A DNA stretch of 38,821 nucleotides from assembly GCA_027315505.1 (NCBI GenBank), contig DAHUXY010000067.1, positions 1-38,821 of the forward strand. Reading direction: 5' to 3'. The notes under the pieces are model-generated. The model made no database searches. It had not been told where the DNA came from and saw nothing but the letters and a program-made list of their open reading frames with translations. The stretch is from Vulcanimicrobiota bacterium (GTDB lineage Bacteria; Vulcanimicrobiota; Vulcanimicrobiia; Vulcanimicrobiales; Vulcanimicrobiaceae). This document shows positions 9,233 through 19,306 of the stretch, piece after piece. How positions within the stretch are numbered: position 1 is the first letter of the stretch; every line of letters starts with the position of its first letter. The translations under genes and the position numbers were made by a program.

Positions 9233-9702
9233 CGATCCATGCGTGCTACGACGAATGCGAGCGGCATGCCGAAGAAGATGACGTGCGCGCCGATCGCGTA
9301 GTTGAAGAATGCGGGCAGTGACGCCGGCCACACGAAGTTGTTGTCGCCCAGCAGCACGATTTCCATGAACATGTAGACGACGAAGCCGTAGATCGGCCCG
9401 GAAATGTACCAGCGCTCGTTCATATACGGGCGCGTCGATGCGAGGTAGGCGTAGCCGCCGGCCCAGCCGATCGCGACCAGCAGATGGATCAGAAGGCCGA
9501 GCCAGGCAAACGAAAGGCTGGTGAACGCTTGCTTGCCGATGACGGTTGAGGCGACCCACTGCCACGATTGCAGCAAGCTGCCGTGGGCGGGAAGGACGAT
9601 GGTGGCCCAAAGGTAGGCCTCGATGAAGATCCCGGCGACGAGGCCGGCAACCAGAGCCTGGGTGATGATGGAGCCCCAGGGCAGGGCGCGAGAAGTAGCC
9701 AT
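9229..9702 (-). CDS. hypothetical integral membrane protein (about 4 TM segments)
   Basis: 157-aa ORF with four hydrophobic stretches and G+C-rich third codon positions. Its TGA overlaps the alr ATG (ATGA at 9229..9232), which supports co-translation. Confidence 0.7.
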   Translation of the reverse strand: MATSRALPWGSIITQALVAGLVAGIFIEAYLWATIVLPAHGSLLQSWQWVASTVIGKQAFTSLSFAWLGLLIHLLVAIGWAGGYAYLASTRPYMNERWYISGPIYGFVVYMFMEIVLLGDNNFVWPASLPAFFNYAIGAHVIFFGMPLAFVVARMDR

Positions 9703-9811
9703 GAAGCCGATGCTTCGACCAGGCGTCCTATGGGCCTTGACGCCCGGGCCCGGCCTCCAGGTTTACGTTGTTCTAAGGATTAGCGCAGGGTTGGTTGGGT
9801 ACTATGGGCCT

Positions 9812-10105
9812 ATGATGGAACGCGAACCCTTGCGCGCTCGAACCGATATGGTGATCTGGGGCTCCTCGGGGCTGCTGGCGGCGGTCTTGGGGATAGGCTG
9901 CGCCTTCGTGCTTTGGCTGGCCCTGCGCGAGAGGGCGGCCATGCAGGTGCTCACCGCAGGGATCGTCGCGCTGGGCGTCGGCCTCGTGCTGATCGGGTTT
10001 GCCACCCCCCGCGCGCTCCCGCGCGTCTTCCTCATCGTCTTTGCGGTGGCCCTCGTGGCCGGCTTCGTGCTGGGCAGCCCCAGCTTCGCCCACCTCACCG
10101 CCTAA
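9812..10105 (+). CDS. hypothetical small membrane protein (about 3 TM segments)
   Basis: In-frame ATG-ATG at 9812 within the 9623..10105 ORF. The product, MMEREPLRARTDMVIWGSSGLLAAVLGIG..., is strongly hydrophobic with G+C-rich third positions. The start choice is uncertain and no clear Shine-Dalgarno sequence is present. Confidence 0.5.
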   Translation: MMEREPLRARTDMVIWGSSGLLAAVLGIGCAFVLWLALRERAAMQVLTAGIVALGVGLVLIGFATPRALPRVFLIVFAVALVAGFVLGSPSFAHLTA

Positions 10106-10144
10106 GCGCCTTCCAAACGGGTCCCCCGGGCCGACATTAAGAGC

Positions 10145-10173
10145 TTGCAGTCACCGAGCGAGTCTGCTAGAAT
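10145..10173 (+). promoter_or_regulatory. sigma-70-type promoter of groES-groEL (TTGCAG-17 nt-TAGAAT)
   Basis: The -35 TTGCAG (10145..10150), a 17-nt spacer and the -10 TAGAAT (10168..10173) were read directly. The CIRCE-like element begins 8 nt downstream, matching the classic groE promoter/operator layout. Confidence 0.6.
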
Positions 10174-10180
10174 CGCTGGG

Positions 10181-10207
10181 CTGGCACTCTTTTGCCAAGA
10201 CTGCCAA
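10181..10207 (+). promoter_or_regulatory. CIRCE-like inverted repeat (putative HrcA operator) upstream of groES
   Basis: CTGGCACTC-N9-GACTGCCAA compared with the consensus TTAGCACTC-N9-GAGTGCTAA shows two mismatches per arm. The 9-nt spacing and the position between promoter and Shine-Dalgarno sequence are as expected. Confidence 0.6.
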
Positions 10208-10250
10208 TGCAAGAAATGCACAGTATTTGTAACTTCGTTTGGAGGTTTTC

Positions 10251-10556
10251 GTGAATCTCAAGCCTTTGGGCGATCGCGTGGTCATCGAGCACGTCGAACA
10301 GAATGAGAAGAGCACCGGTGGTATCTTCCTTCCCGACACTGCTAAGGAAAAGCCGCAAGAGGGCATGGTTCGTGCGGTTGGCACTGGCCGCGTGCTCGAC
10401 AACGGCACGACGCTTCCGATGAGCGTCAAGGTCGGCGATCGCGTCATTTATTCCAAGTATTCCGGTAGCGAGATCAAGATCGACGGCAAAGAGCTGCTGA
10501 TCGTGTCTGAAAAAGACGTCCTCGCCATCGTTGACAAAGTCCCGGCTCACGCTTAA
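10251..10556 (+). CDS. groES: co-chaperonin GroES
   Basis: The GTG at 10251 lies 5 nt after GGAGG (10241..10245). The product (V/M)[37 protein letters not shown] is canonical GroES. The track ORF starts at a TTG at 10239, which would place the Shine-Dalgarno sequence inside the gene. Confidence 0.93.
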   Translation: MNLKPLGDRVVIEHVEQNEKSTGGIFLPDTAKEKPQEGMVRAVGTGRVLDNGTTLPMSVKVGDRVIYSKYSGSEIKIDGKELLIVSEKDVLAIVDKVPAHA

Positions 10557-10571
10557 GGAGTGTTGAACTAA

Positions 10572-12248
<1,677 letters not shown>

Positions 12249-12329
12249 GGAATTGGGGCGGCCTCGACAGGCCGCCCCAATCCCTTCGCGTTTGGCCCCT
12301 TTGGGGCCAAGCCGCATGGAGTGGAACGA

Positions 12330-12359
12330 GCCTCGCAGAGATGCGGGGCTTGTTTTTTT
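12330..12359 (+). terminator. intrinsic terminator downstream of groEL
   Basis: Stem GCCTCGC / GCGGGGC (7 bp including one G-U), loop AGAGAT, followed by TTGTTTTTTT. Two further GC-rich hairpins without U-tracts precede it (12252..12281 and 12292..12310). Confidence 0.65.
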
Positions 12360-12425
12360 GGCGTCTTGCCTGGAGGGGTGCCCGCGCTTCGAGGAGAGCG
12401 GGCTACTTCGTGTAACCTCGTCTTT

Positions 12426-14243
12426 ATGCAGCACCGCGCGGTCAACGATTTTACGATCCGAGTAGCGACGGTCAACGGCTCGGGCAGCCAGTCGTCGAAT
12501 CTCGTGCTCACCAACGCCATCTTTCGCCTCGGCATTCCGGTTGCGCCGAAGAACGTGTTTCCTTCGAACATCGAAGGCTTGCCGACGTGGTTCGACGTTC
12601 GCGTGAGCGCGAAGGGCTATCAGTGCCGAACGCGCGAGGTCGATATTCTCGTCGCGCTCAATGCGGCGACGTGGCGAACCGACATTGCGAGCATTAAACC
12701 GGGCGGCGTCGTTATCCACGAGGCCGCTTATCCGGTAGCGGGCGAAACGTTGCGCGACGACATCACCTACTACGCGGTGCCGTTCAACGAACTCGCGAAG
12801 GCGCACATCGAAAGCGGCGCGTTGCGCAAGTACTTGCTGAACATGATCTACGTGGGCGTCGTCGCGACGCTGCTCGATATCGACGCGCCCACGATCGAAG
12901 CCGCAATCGGCACGCAGTTTCGCAGCAAACCGGCGGCCGTGGCGACGAATATGCAAGCGGTCGTGCTCGGCATGGACTACGCGCGCGAACACCTTACCAA
13001 GCGCGACCCGTATCGCCTGGAGCCGATGAGCGGAAAAACCGACGGCACGCTGTTTATGGACGGCAACCGCGCGGCGGCGCTCGGCTGCGTCATGGGCGGC
13101 TGCACGGTTGCCGCGTGGTATCCCATCACGCCGTCGTCGTCGCTCTGCGAATCGTTCATCGCACTCGCCGATCGCTATCGCACCGATCCGGCGACGGGCG
13201 AACGGCGCGCGGCCATCATCCAGGCCGAAGACGAGCTAGCGGCGATCGGCATGGTACTCGGCGCCACGTGGGCCGGCGCGCGTGCGATGACCTCCACCTC
13301 CGGTCCCGGCATTTCGCTGATGGCGGAGTACGTCGGGTACGGATACTATGCCGAACTGCCGGCCGTCATTTTCGACGTGCAGCGCGCGGGCCCGTCGACC
13401 GGGCTGCCGACGCGCACCATGCAGGGCGACGTCGCGTTTGCTTACACGCTCTCGCACGGCGATACCAAACACATCGTGCTGCTGCCGGCAACGGTGCGCG
13501 AAGCGTACGACTGCGCGATGGACGCCTTCGATCTGGCGGATCGCTTTCAAACGCCGGTCTTCGTGCTCAGCGATTTGGATCTCGGCATGAACGCGTGGAT
13601 GACGCAGCCACTACCGTATCCGGAGAAACCCTTCGACCGCGGTAAGGTGCTCGGTGCCGAAGATCTGAACAAGGTGCAATCGTGGGGCCGCTACCGCGAC
13701 ATCGACCACGACGGCATCGCCTATCGCACGCTCCCGGGCACCAATCACCCGAATGCGGGATTCTTTACCCGCGGTACCGGCCACGACGAGGAAGCGCGCT
13801 ATTCGGAACTGCCCGACGTGTGGCTGCGCAATCTCGATCGGTTGGTGCGCAAGCACGACACCGCACGCACCTACGTTCCCGCCCCGGTCGTTGAGGAGAG
13901 CGGGCAATCCGCCGGCATCATCGCGTACGGCACGACCCACCACGCCGTGCTCGAAGCGCGCGACATCCTGCACGAGAAGGGGATCGACGTCGATTACCTG
14001 CGATTGCGCGCGTTGCCGTTTTCCGCCGAGTTGGCCAGCTTTATCGCCCGGCACGAGCGCGTGTACGTGATCGAACAGAACCGCGACGGCCAACTCTACG
14101 GCATCCTGCGCCAGGAATTGCCGACCCATCTGCTCGCAAAGCTGCACTCGGTGCGGCACTACAACGGTGTCCCGATCGACGCCTACGCGGTCGTCGACCC
14201 GCTGCTCGCCGCCGAACGCGCACCCGCCGTCGCGGCGGAGTAA
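12426..14243 (+). CDS. korA: 2-oxoacid (probably 2-oxoglutarate):ferredoxin oxidoreductase, alpha subunit (fused gamma/alpha type)
   Basis: The ATG at 12426 (Met36 of the track ORF) gives about 605 aa, MQHRAVNDFTIRVATVNGSGSQSSNLVL..., typical of the KorA N-terminus. It is followed by the TPP-binding beta subunit. Substrate specificity is an inference. Confidence 0.85.
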   Translation: MQHRAVNDFTIRVATVNGSGSQSSNLVLTNAIFRLGIPVAPKNVFPSNIEGLPTWFDVRVSAKGYQCRTREVDILVALNAATWRTDIASIKPGGVVIHEAAYPVAGETLRDDITYYAVPFNELAKAHIESGALRKYLLNMIYVGVVATLLDIDAPTIEAAIGTQFRSKPAAVATNMQAVVLGMDYAREHLTKRDPYRLEPMSGKTDGTLFMDGNRAAALGCVMGGCTVAAWYPITPSSSLCESFIALADRYRTDPATGERRAAIIQAEDELAAIGMVLGATWAGARAMTSTSGPGISLMAEYVGYGYYAELPAVIFDVQRAGPSTGLPTRTMQGDVAFAYTLSHGDTKHIVLLPATVREAYDCAMDAFDLADRFQTPVFVLSDLDLGMNAWMTQPLPYPEKPFDRGKVLGAEDLNKVQSWGRYRDIDHDGIAYRTLPGTNHPNAGFFTRGTGHDEEARYSELPDVWLRNLDRLVRKHDTARTYVPAPVVEESGQSAGIIAYGTTHHAVLEARDILHEKGIDVDYLRLRALPFSAELASFIARHERVYVIEQNRDGQLYGILRQELPTHLLAKLHSVRHYNGVPIDAYAVVDPLLAAERAPAVAAE

Positions 14244-14255
14244 GGAACTGCTGAT

Positions 14256-15275
14256 ATGACGGCCACCAACGTCAACCTGATCGGCCTCACGCGCGAGGTC
14301 TACAAAGGCCTCCCGACCACGCTCTGCGCCGGCTGCGGACACAACTCGATTACGAATCACCTCATCAAGGCGCTGTACGAATACGGCGTTGCGCCGCACA
14401 TGCTGGCTAAGATGAGCGGAATCGGCTGCTCGTCGAAGACGCCGGCGTATTTCGTCGAGCAAGCGCACGGGTTCAACGGCGTGCACGGCCGCATGCCCTC
14501 GGCCGCGACCGGCGCGAAGGTGGCGAACCGCGATTTAATCGTGCTCGGCATCAGCGGCGACGGCGACACGGCAAGCATCGGCCTCGGCCAATACGTCCAC
14601 ATGCTGCGCCGCAACGTCGACCTGACGTACATCGTCGAAAACAACGGCGTCTACGGCCTTACCAAAGGGCAATTTTCGGCTACGGCCGATACCGGATCGA
14701 AGCAGAAGAACGGCGCGGTCAACGAATACGCGACGATCGACGTATGCGGGCTGGCGGTAGAACTGGGCGCAACGTTCGTCGCGCGCTCGTTTTCGGGTGA
14801 CGGCAAACAACTCGTGCCGCTGCTGGAAGCGGCGCTCTCCCATCGCGGGACGGCCGTTCTCGATATCGTGAGCCCGTGCGTAACGTTCAACGATCACGTC
14901 GGTTCGACCAAGAGCTACTCGTACGTGAAGGAACACGGCTTCCTACTGCATACGCCCGATTTCATTCGCGGCAGCGAAGAGATCGTGGTGGATTACGAGC
15001 CCGGGGCGGTGCAGGATATCGAATTCGAAGACGGGTCGCACATCGTGCTGCGCAAGCTCGAGCGTGAATACGACGTAACCGATCGCATCGGGGCACTGCG
15101 CACCATCGGCGAAACGCGCGCCCGGGGCGAACTCGTCACCGGCTTGCTCTACGTCGATACCGGCGTGCCCGATCTCTGCGAGCGCGAGCATCTTCCCAAG
15201 ACGCCCTTAGCGCAGCTCAAAGAAGAAGAGCTACGCATCGGGCGGGACGACTGGGCGAAATTGATGGCGGTATAA
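14256..15275 (+). CDS. korB: 2-oxoacid:ferredoxin oxidoreductase, beta (TPP-binding) subunit
   Basis: 339-aa ORF with CAGCGHNSI and the TPP motif ISGDGDTASIGLGQ...ENNGVYGLTKGQ. It starts 12 nt after korA. Confidence 0.88.
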   Translation: MTATNVNLIGLTREVYKGLPTTLCAGCGHNSITNHLIKALYEYGVAPHMLAKMSGIGCSSKTPAYFVEQAHGFNGVHGRMPSAATGAKVANRDLIVLGISGDGDTASIGLGQYVHMLRRNVDLTYIVENNGVYGLTKGQFSATADTGSKQKNGAVNEYATIDVCGLAVELGATFVARSFSGDGKQLVPLLEAALSHRGTAVLDIVSPCVTFNDHVGSTKSYSYVKEHGFLLHTPDFIRGSEEIVVDYEPGAVQDIEFEDGSHIVLRKLEREYDVTDRIGALRTIGETRARGELVTGLLYVDTGVPDLCEREHLPKTPLAQLKEEELRIGRDDWAKLMAV

Positions 15276-15280
15276 ACCGC

Positions 15281-15619
15281 CTATTTCACCATGCGGATCG
15301 TGAGGGGATAGCTGTACGCTTCGCCCTGATTGGCTTTTACGGCGGCGATGATGCTAAAAACGACGATGGCGATACCGACCGCCCAGATCAGAAAGACGCC
15401 GACGACCACGAAGATCAAGACGATGGAGACGACGATCGCGATGAGCATCGTCAACTGAAAATTCAGCGCTTCCTTCACCTGTGCAACCAGCCACGGAGTG
15501 GAATCCTTCGCCACCAGTAATACGACGAGCGAGGGGATGAACCCGAAGAAGATCCCGCCCAGGTGCGTGAGCATCGCAGCGACGCGGTCGTTCGCCGAAG
15601 GCGCTGTAGAGTCGATCAT
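15281..15619 (-). CDS. DUF4870-family small membrane protein
   Basis: 112-aa ORF with THLGGIFFGFIPSLVVLLVAKDS...VKEALNFQLT, the pattern I associate with DUF4870, plus hydrophobic helices. Confidence 0.75.
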   Translation of the reverse strand: MIDSTAPSANDRVAAMLTHLGGIFFGFIPSLVVLLVAKDSTPWLVAQVKEALNFQLTMLIAIVVSIVLIFVVVGVFLIWAVGIAIVVFSIIAAVKANQGEAYSYPLTIRMVK

Positions 15620-15670
15620 GATATCTCTTTCCTGCGATAAAACCGTGCAAAAACCGGTAACCCTAGCACC

Positions 15671-15676
15671 ATTATA
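15671..15676 (-). promoter_or_regulatory. candidate -10 box (perfect TATAAT on the minus strand) for the DUF4870 gene
   Basis: The plus-strand ATTATA at 15671..15676 reads TATAAT on the minus strand, about 50 nt upstream of the ATG at 15619. No convincing -35 was found. Confidence 0.35.
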
Positions 15677-15883
15677 CCCAAGCCGGCGAGCGTATCCCTG
15701 GGTGAGGTCCTTGCAGGCGGTTACCGGGCCGGCTAGCTAAGCGGCATCGAGCCGCTCGTCTTCGACGGCGGCGACGAGTTGCAGCGCCTCCGCGCGGCGG
15801 CCGATGGCGACCCACGCGGCGATCAGGACGAGAAAGCTGCCGAGTGCGAGAGCGATATCCACGGTACGGTCACCCTTTCAAGG

Positions 15884-17110
15884 TCATTTGGCGTAAGCGG
15901 CTTCTGCGTGTTGAGAGACATCGAGACCGAGTTGTTCTTCGCGTTCGGTTACGCGTAGGGGCATAACCGCCGTCACGATTTTGAGCACGGCGTACGTCAT
16001 GACGCCGGTGTAGATCCATACGACCGCCACTGCAAACACTTGGATCAGCAGTTGGCGCGGGTTGCCGTATAGGAGGCCGTTCGAGCCCGCGGCGTTGATG
16101 GCGGTGGTTGCGAAGACTCCGGTGAGCAGGGCGCCGATGGTTCCCCCGATTCCGTGTACCGGAAAGACGTCGAGCGCGTCGTCGACGTGCATGCGCTCGC
16201 GAAGGCGCACCGCGATATAGCAACCGACTGCGGCGATGCCGCCGATGAGAATCGCCGCTGCCGGCGTCACGTAACCCGCTGCGGGCGTGATCGCGATGAG
16301 GCCCGCGATGGAGCCGGCGGCGACGCTGGTGACGCTCGGCGCGCCTTCGCGCCACCAGGCGATCGTCATCCACGCAAGCGCACCCATGGCGGCGGCCACA
16401 TTGGTGTTCACGAAGGCGATCGCCGCAAGGCCGTTGGCTGCAAGCGCGCTGCCGGCGTTGAAGCCGAACCATCCGAACCACACCAGCGATGCGCCCAGCA
16501 GCATCATCGTGCGGTCGTGCGGCGCGTGTTCCTTACCGCTCCCGATGCGCGGGCCGAGCACCCAGGCTGCGACCAGCGCCGCGACGCCGGAGGAAATATG
16601 CACGACGGTGCCGCCGGCGAAATCGAGCGCGCCGAGCGACGCAAGCCAGCCGCCATGCCCCCACACCCAATGCGCGATGGGATCGTACACCAGCGTCGCC
16701 CAGAGAATCGTGAAGAGCACGAAGGCCGCGAAGCGCTTGCGCTCTGCGAACGCGCCGGTAATCAGCGCCGGCGTAATCACCGCGAACATCATCTGAAATA
16801 ACGCGAAGGCCGCGTGCGGGATCGTCGCAGCGTAATCGGGGTTCGGCGCCGCGCCCACGCCGTTGAACCCGAGAAACGCGAAGGTGCCGATAATGCCGTG
16901 CCAATCCGGGCCGAACGCGAGCGTGTATCCCCAGAGCACCCACTGCACGGAGATCACGCAGAGTGCGAAAAAGCTGTGCATGAGCGTCGAGAGGACGTTC
17001 TTTTGCCGAACGAGGCCGCCGTAGAAAAAGCCCAGCCCCGGGGTCATGAGCATGACCAGCGCTGCGCTTACTAATACCCAGGCCGTATCGCCCGCATTGA
17101 GCTTCTCCAT
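15884..17110 (-). CDS. amtB: ammonium transporter (Amt family)
   Basis: 408-aa polytopic ORF: MEKLNAGDTAWVLVSAALVMLMTPGLGFFYGGLVRQKN..., then DFAGGTVVHISSG and FPVHGIGGTIG, covering both conserved Amt His regions. Confidence 0.95.
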   Translation of the reverse strand: MEKLNAGDTAWVLVSAALVMLMTPGLGFFYGGLVRQKNVLSTLMHSFFALCVISVQWVLWGYTLAFGPDWHGIIGTFAFLGFNGVGAAPNPDYAATIPHAAFALFQMMFAVITPALITGAFAERKRFAAFVLFTILWATLVYDPIAHWVWGHGGWLASLGALDFAGGTVVHISSGVAALVAAWVLGPRIGSGKEHAPHDRTMMLLGASLVWFGWFGFNAGSALAANGLAAIAFVNTNVAAAMGALAWMTIAWWREGAPSVTSVAAGSIAGLIAITPAAGYVTPAAAILIGGIAAVGCYIAVRLRERMHVDDALDVFPVHGIGGTIGALLTGVFATTAINAAGSNGLLYGNPRQLLIQVFAVAVVWIYTGVMTYAVLKIVTAVMPLRVTEREEQLGLDVSQHAEAAYAK

Positions 17111-17182
17111 AGGGGGACGTTATCGTATCCGGCCGCCGCCGGCATCCGCCCGATGGTTAAGCGAGGCCCCTTCGCGTTCTAC

Positions 17183-18505
17183 TTACGTCGAAGTCCGGCG
17201 GCGCCGCGTAAAGATCGCATAGACGGGCAGGCCGCTCAGGAGGATGCCGAGGCCGATCGCGCCGTCGCGGGGCGCCTTGAAGAGTACGTCGGCGACGACA
17301 CCCCAAGCAACCGCTAGAAAGAGTGCCGTGCTATACGGATGCCCGGGCATGCGAAAGCCCGGGGCCGGCGCTTGCGGATCGCGTGCATCCCGCGCTCGAA
17401 AGACGAAGAGCGCGAGTGCCGCAAACCCGAAGAACACGTAGTCGATGCTGGTGACGTAATTGAGGATCGCGTTATAGCGATTTGAGACGGCGACGGCAAT
17501 CGCGATGGAGCCTTGCAGCGCGATCGCCAACACCGGTACGCGCGTCCGAGCGTTGACCCACGCGAGTTGGCGGAAGAAAATGCCGTCGGAGGCCATTTGA
17601 AAGTATACCCGCGGCGAGACCAGCATTTGATTGCTCAAAAATCCGAGCGTTGAAAGTGCGACGACGGCGGCCATGATGCGCGCGCCGATCGGGCCGAACG
17701 CGAGCTGCGCGATGGCGGAGGCGGGCGTATCGGTCGCGGCAAGGCCGCCCGTTCCGAGCGCCATCACGCTCACCGCGTTGACCGCAAGATAGAGCACGAC
17801 CACGCCGGCGACGCCGACGATCAATCCCCGCGGAAGCGTGCGCGCCGGTTCTTTCATCTCCGCGGTCATGAAACTCGACGTCTGCCACCCGCTGTACGCG
17901 AATAGCACCGGCACCAGCGCCAACCCCATCGCGGCGAGTACGCCGCCCGACGGATAGGCGGTCGCCACGGCAGCGACCGGCGCGGCGTGCGGGGCGAACA
18001 GGCCGACCAAGACGAACGCCCCGATCGCGGCGATCTTCACGGCCATGAACACGTTCTGCGTCGACGCGCCTTCGCGCACGCCCAAGCAGTTGATCAGCGT
18101 GAAGCCGCCGATCGTGAGCACCGCAAGAATGCGCGGATCGACGTGGAGGCCGGTAAGCGGTGCGAAGTAGGCAGCGAACGTTACCGCCGATGCCGCCATG
18201 CCGCCGCTCTGCGAAACGAGCAGTAGCGTCCAGCCGTAGAGGAAGGCCAGCGACGGATGAAACGCGTCGCGGATGTAGGCGTAGAGGCCGCCGTCGTGCG
18301 GGCGCCGAGCGGCCAATTCCGCAAAGAGGCCGCCGCCCAAGAGGGCGACGGCGCCGCCGATGATCCATGCGAGCATGATCGCCCACACGCTGTGCACGTG
18401 GCGCGCAACCACGGACGGGTTCATAAAAATGCCCGAACCGATAATACCGCCCATCACGATCAGGGCAGCATCGCGAACGCCCAAACGGCGCAGTAGCGTC
18501 GACAT
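17183..18505 (-). CDS. APC-superfamily amino acid permease
   Basis: 440-aa polytopic ORF starting MSTLLRRLGVRDAALIVMGGIIGSGIFMNPS, the APC N-terminal signature. About 12 hydrophobic segments are visible. Confidence 0.88.
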   Translation of the reverse strand: MSTLLRRLGVRDAALIVMGGIIGSGIFMNPSVVARHVHSVWAIMLAWIIGGAVALLGGGLFAELAARRPHDGGLYAYIRDAFHPSLAFLYGWTLLLVSQSGGMAASAVTFAAYFAPLTGLHVDPRILAVLTIGGFTLINCLGVREGASTQNVFMAVKIAAIGAFVLVGLFAPHAAPVAAVATAYPSGGVLAAMGLALVPVLFAYSGWQTSSFMTAEMKEPARTLPRGLIVGVAGVVVLYLAVNAVSVMALGTGGLAATDTPASAIAQLAFGPIGARIMAAVVALSTLGFLSNQMLVSPRVYFQMASDGIFFRQLAWVNARTRVPVLAIALQGSIAIAVAVSNRYNAILNYVTSIDYVFFGFAALALFVFRARDARDPQAPAPGFRMPGHPYSTALFLAVAWGVVADVLFKAPRDGAIGLGILLSGLPVYAIFTRRRRTST

Positions 18506-18529
18506 CCGTGTAGGCGCGGTTGGCGCCGA

Positions 18530-19300
18530 TTAGGCAAACACCTCTTGCGCGAAGACCCCGTTGGCGAAGCCTTCGACGGCTGCCGCGAACTCGCGATGTT
18601 TGCGCATCGGCGCCGTGTGGTCGCTGCCGCGAATGAGGTGGAACGCCGCGTTGGGAGCCGACTCCCGATAGCGGCGTTCGTCGAGGCGAAAGACGAGGTC
18701 GTGTTCGCCGTTGATGAAGAGGACCGGCGCCGGGTAACCGGCGAGGGAGGTGCTGAAGCGCGCGTGATCGCGCGTGTAGGCATTCGTGCGGGTCAGCACG
18801 TCCCGATTGAACGGAATGCGCGCGATAATATCGGCCCACTCGCGCGGCAACACCATGTGTAGCGAGAGATCCAACGCGTAGTCGAGCCACGATTGCGGCA
18901 GCAGCCTTGAGAAGCCGACGCTAGCTTCGTACGGCCAGCTCTTCCACGCATCGAAATCGAGCGTGCAACCGGCCAAGACGAGGCCGCTCGTCCGCTCGGG
19001 ACGCGCTGCGGCGTACTGCATGCCGGCGAAACCGCCGAGCGAATAGCCGACCACCAGCGGCGGTGATGTGGCGATGCGCACGATTGCGTGATCGAGCACG
19101 GCGCCGACATGCTCGGCCGTAAACGAGACGTCGACCAGTGCGCCGTGACCCGGCAGGTCCAGCGTAATGACGTGGAATCGCCGCGCTAGCGCGCGAACGT
19201 GCGGCTCCCACATCGCGCGTCCGAGACGCATGCCGTGTACCATGACGATGGGGGGATTCGCCGGATCGCCGTACTCGGTGAATGCGCGTTCGATATCCAC
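18530..19300 (-). CDS. alpha/beta-fold hydrolase
   Basis: 256-aa ORF with the oxyanion-region VMVHGM, the nucleophile elbow GYSLGG, and a C-terminal GSDH (His of the triad). Confidence 0.85.
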   Translation of the reverse strand: MDIERAFTEYGDPANPPIVMVHGMRLGRAMWEPHVRALARRFHVITLDLPGHGALVDVSFTAEHVGAVLDHAIVRIATSPPLVVGYSLGGFAGMQYAAARPERTSGLVLAGCTLDFDAWKSWPYEASVGFSRLLPQSWLDYALDLSLHMVLPREWADIIARIPFNRDVLTRTNAYTRDHARFSTSLAGYPAPVLFINGEHDLVFRLDERRYRESAPNAAFHLIRGSDHTAPMRKHREFAAAVEGFANGVFAQEVFA

Positions 19301-19306
19301 CTAGGG

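Noticed and set aside
10182-10195. Sigma-54-like -24/-12 element TGGCAC-N4-TTGC upstream of groES
   Set aside because: The GG-to-GC spacing is one nucleotide shorter than the canonical TGGCAC-N5-TTGC. The sequence is better explained as the left arm and spacer of the CIRCE-like dyad, with a good sigma-70 promoter immediately upstream.
12253-12465. 70-aa plus ORF between groEL and korA
   Set aside because: It is built from the terminator hairpins themselves. It has no Shine-Dalgarno sequence and a Pro/Arg/Ser-rich translation.
17111-17182. Possible nitrogen-regulator (GlnR/NtcA/TnrA-type) site upstream of amtB, including the near-palindrome ACGTTATCGT
   Set aside because: There is no match to the GTnAC-N6-GaAAC, GTA-N8-TAC or TGTNA-N7-TNACA consensus. 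The 10-nt near-palindrome is short and imperfect.
17472-18890. 472-aa minus ORF overlapping the APC permease and alpha/beta hydrolase genes; a similar 472-aa ORF lies at 23726..25144
   Set aside because: Both overlap strongly supported genes out of frame and have extremely Arg-rich translations. They are high-G+C artefacts.
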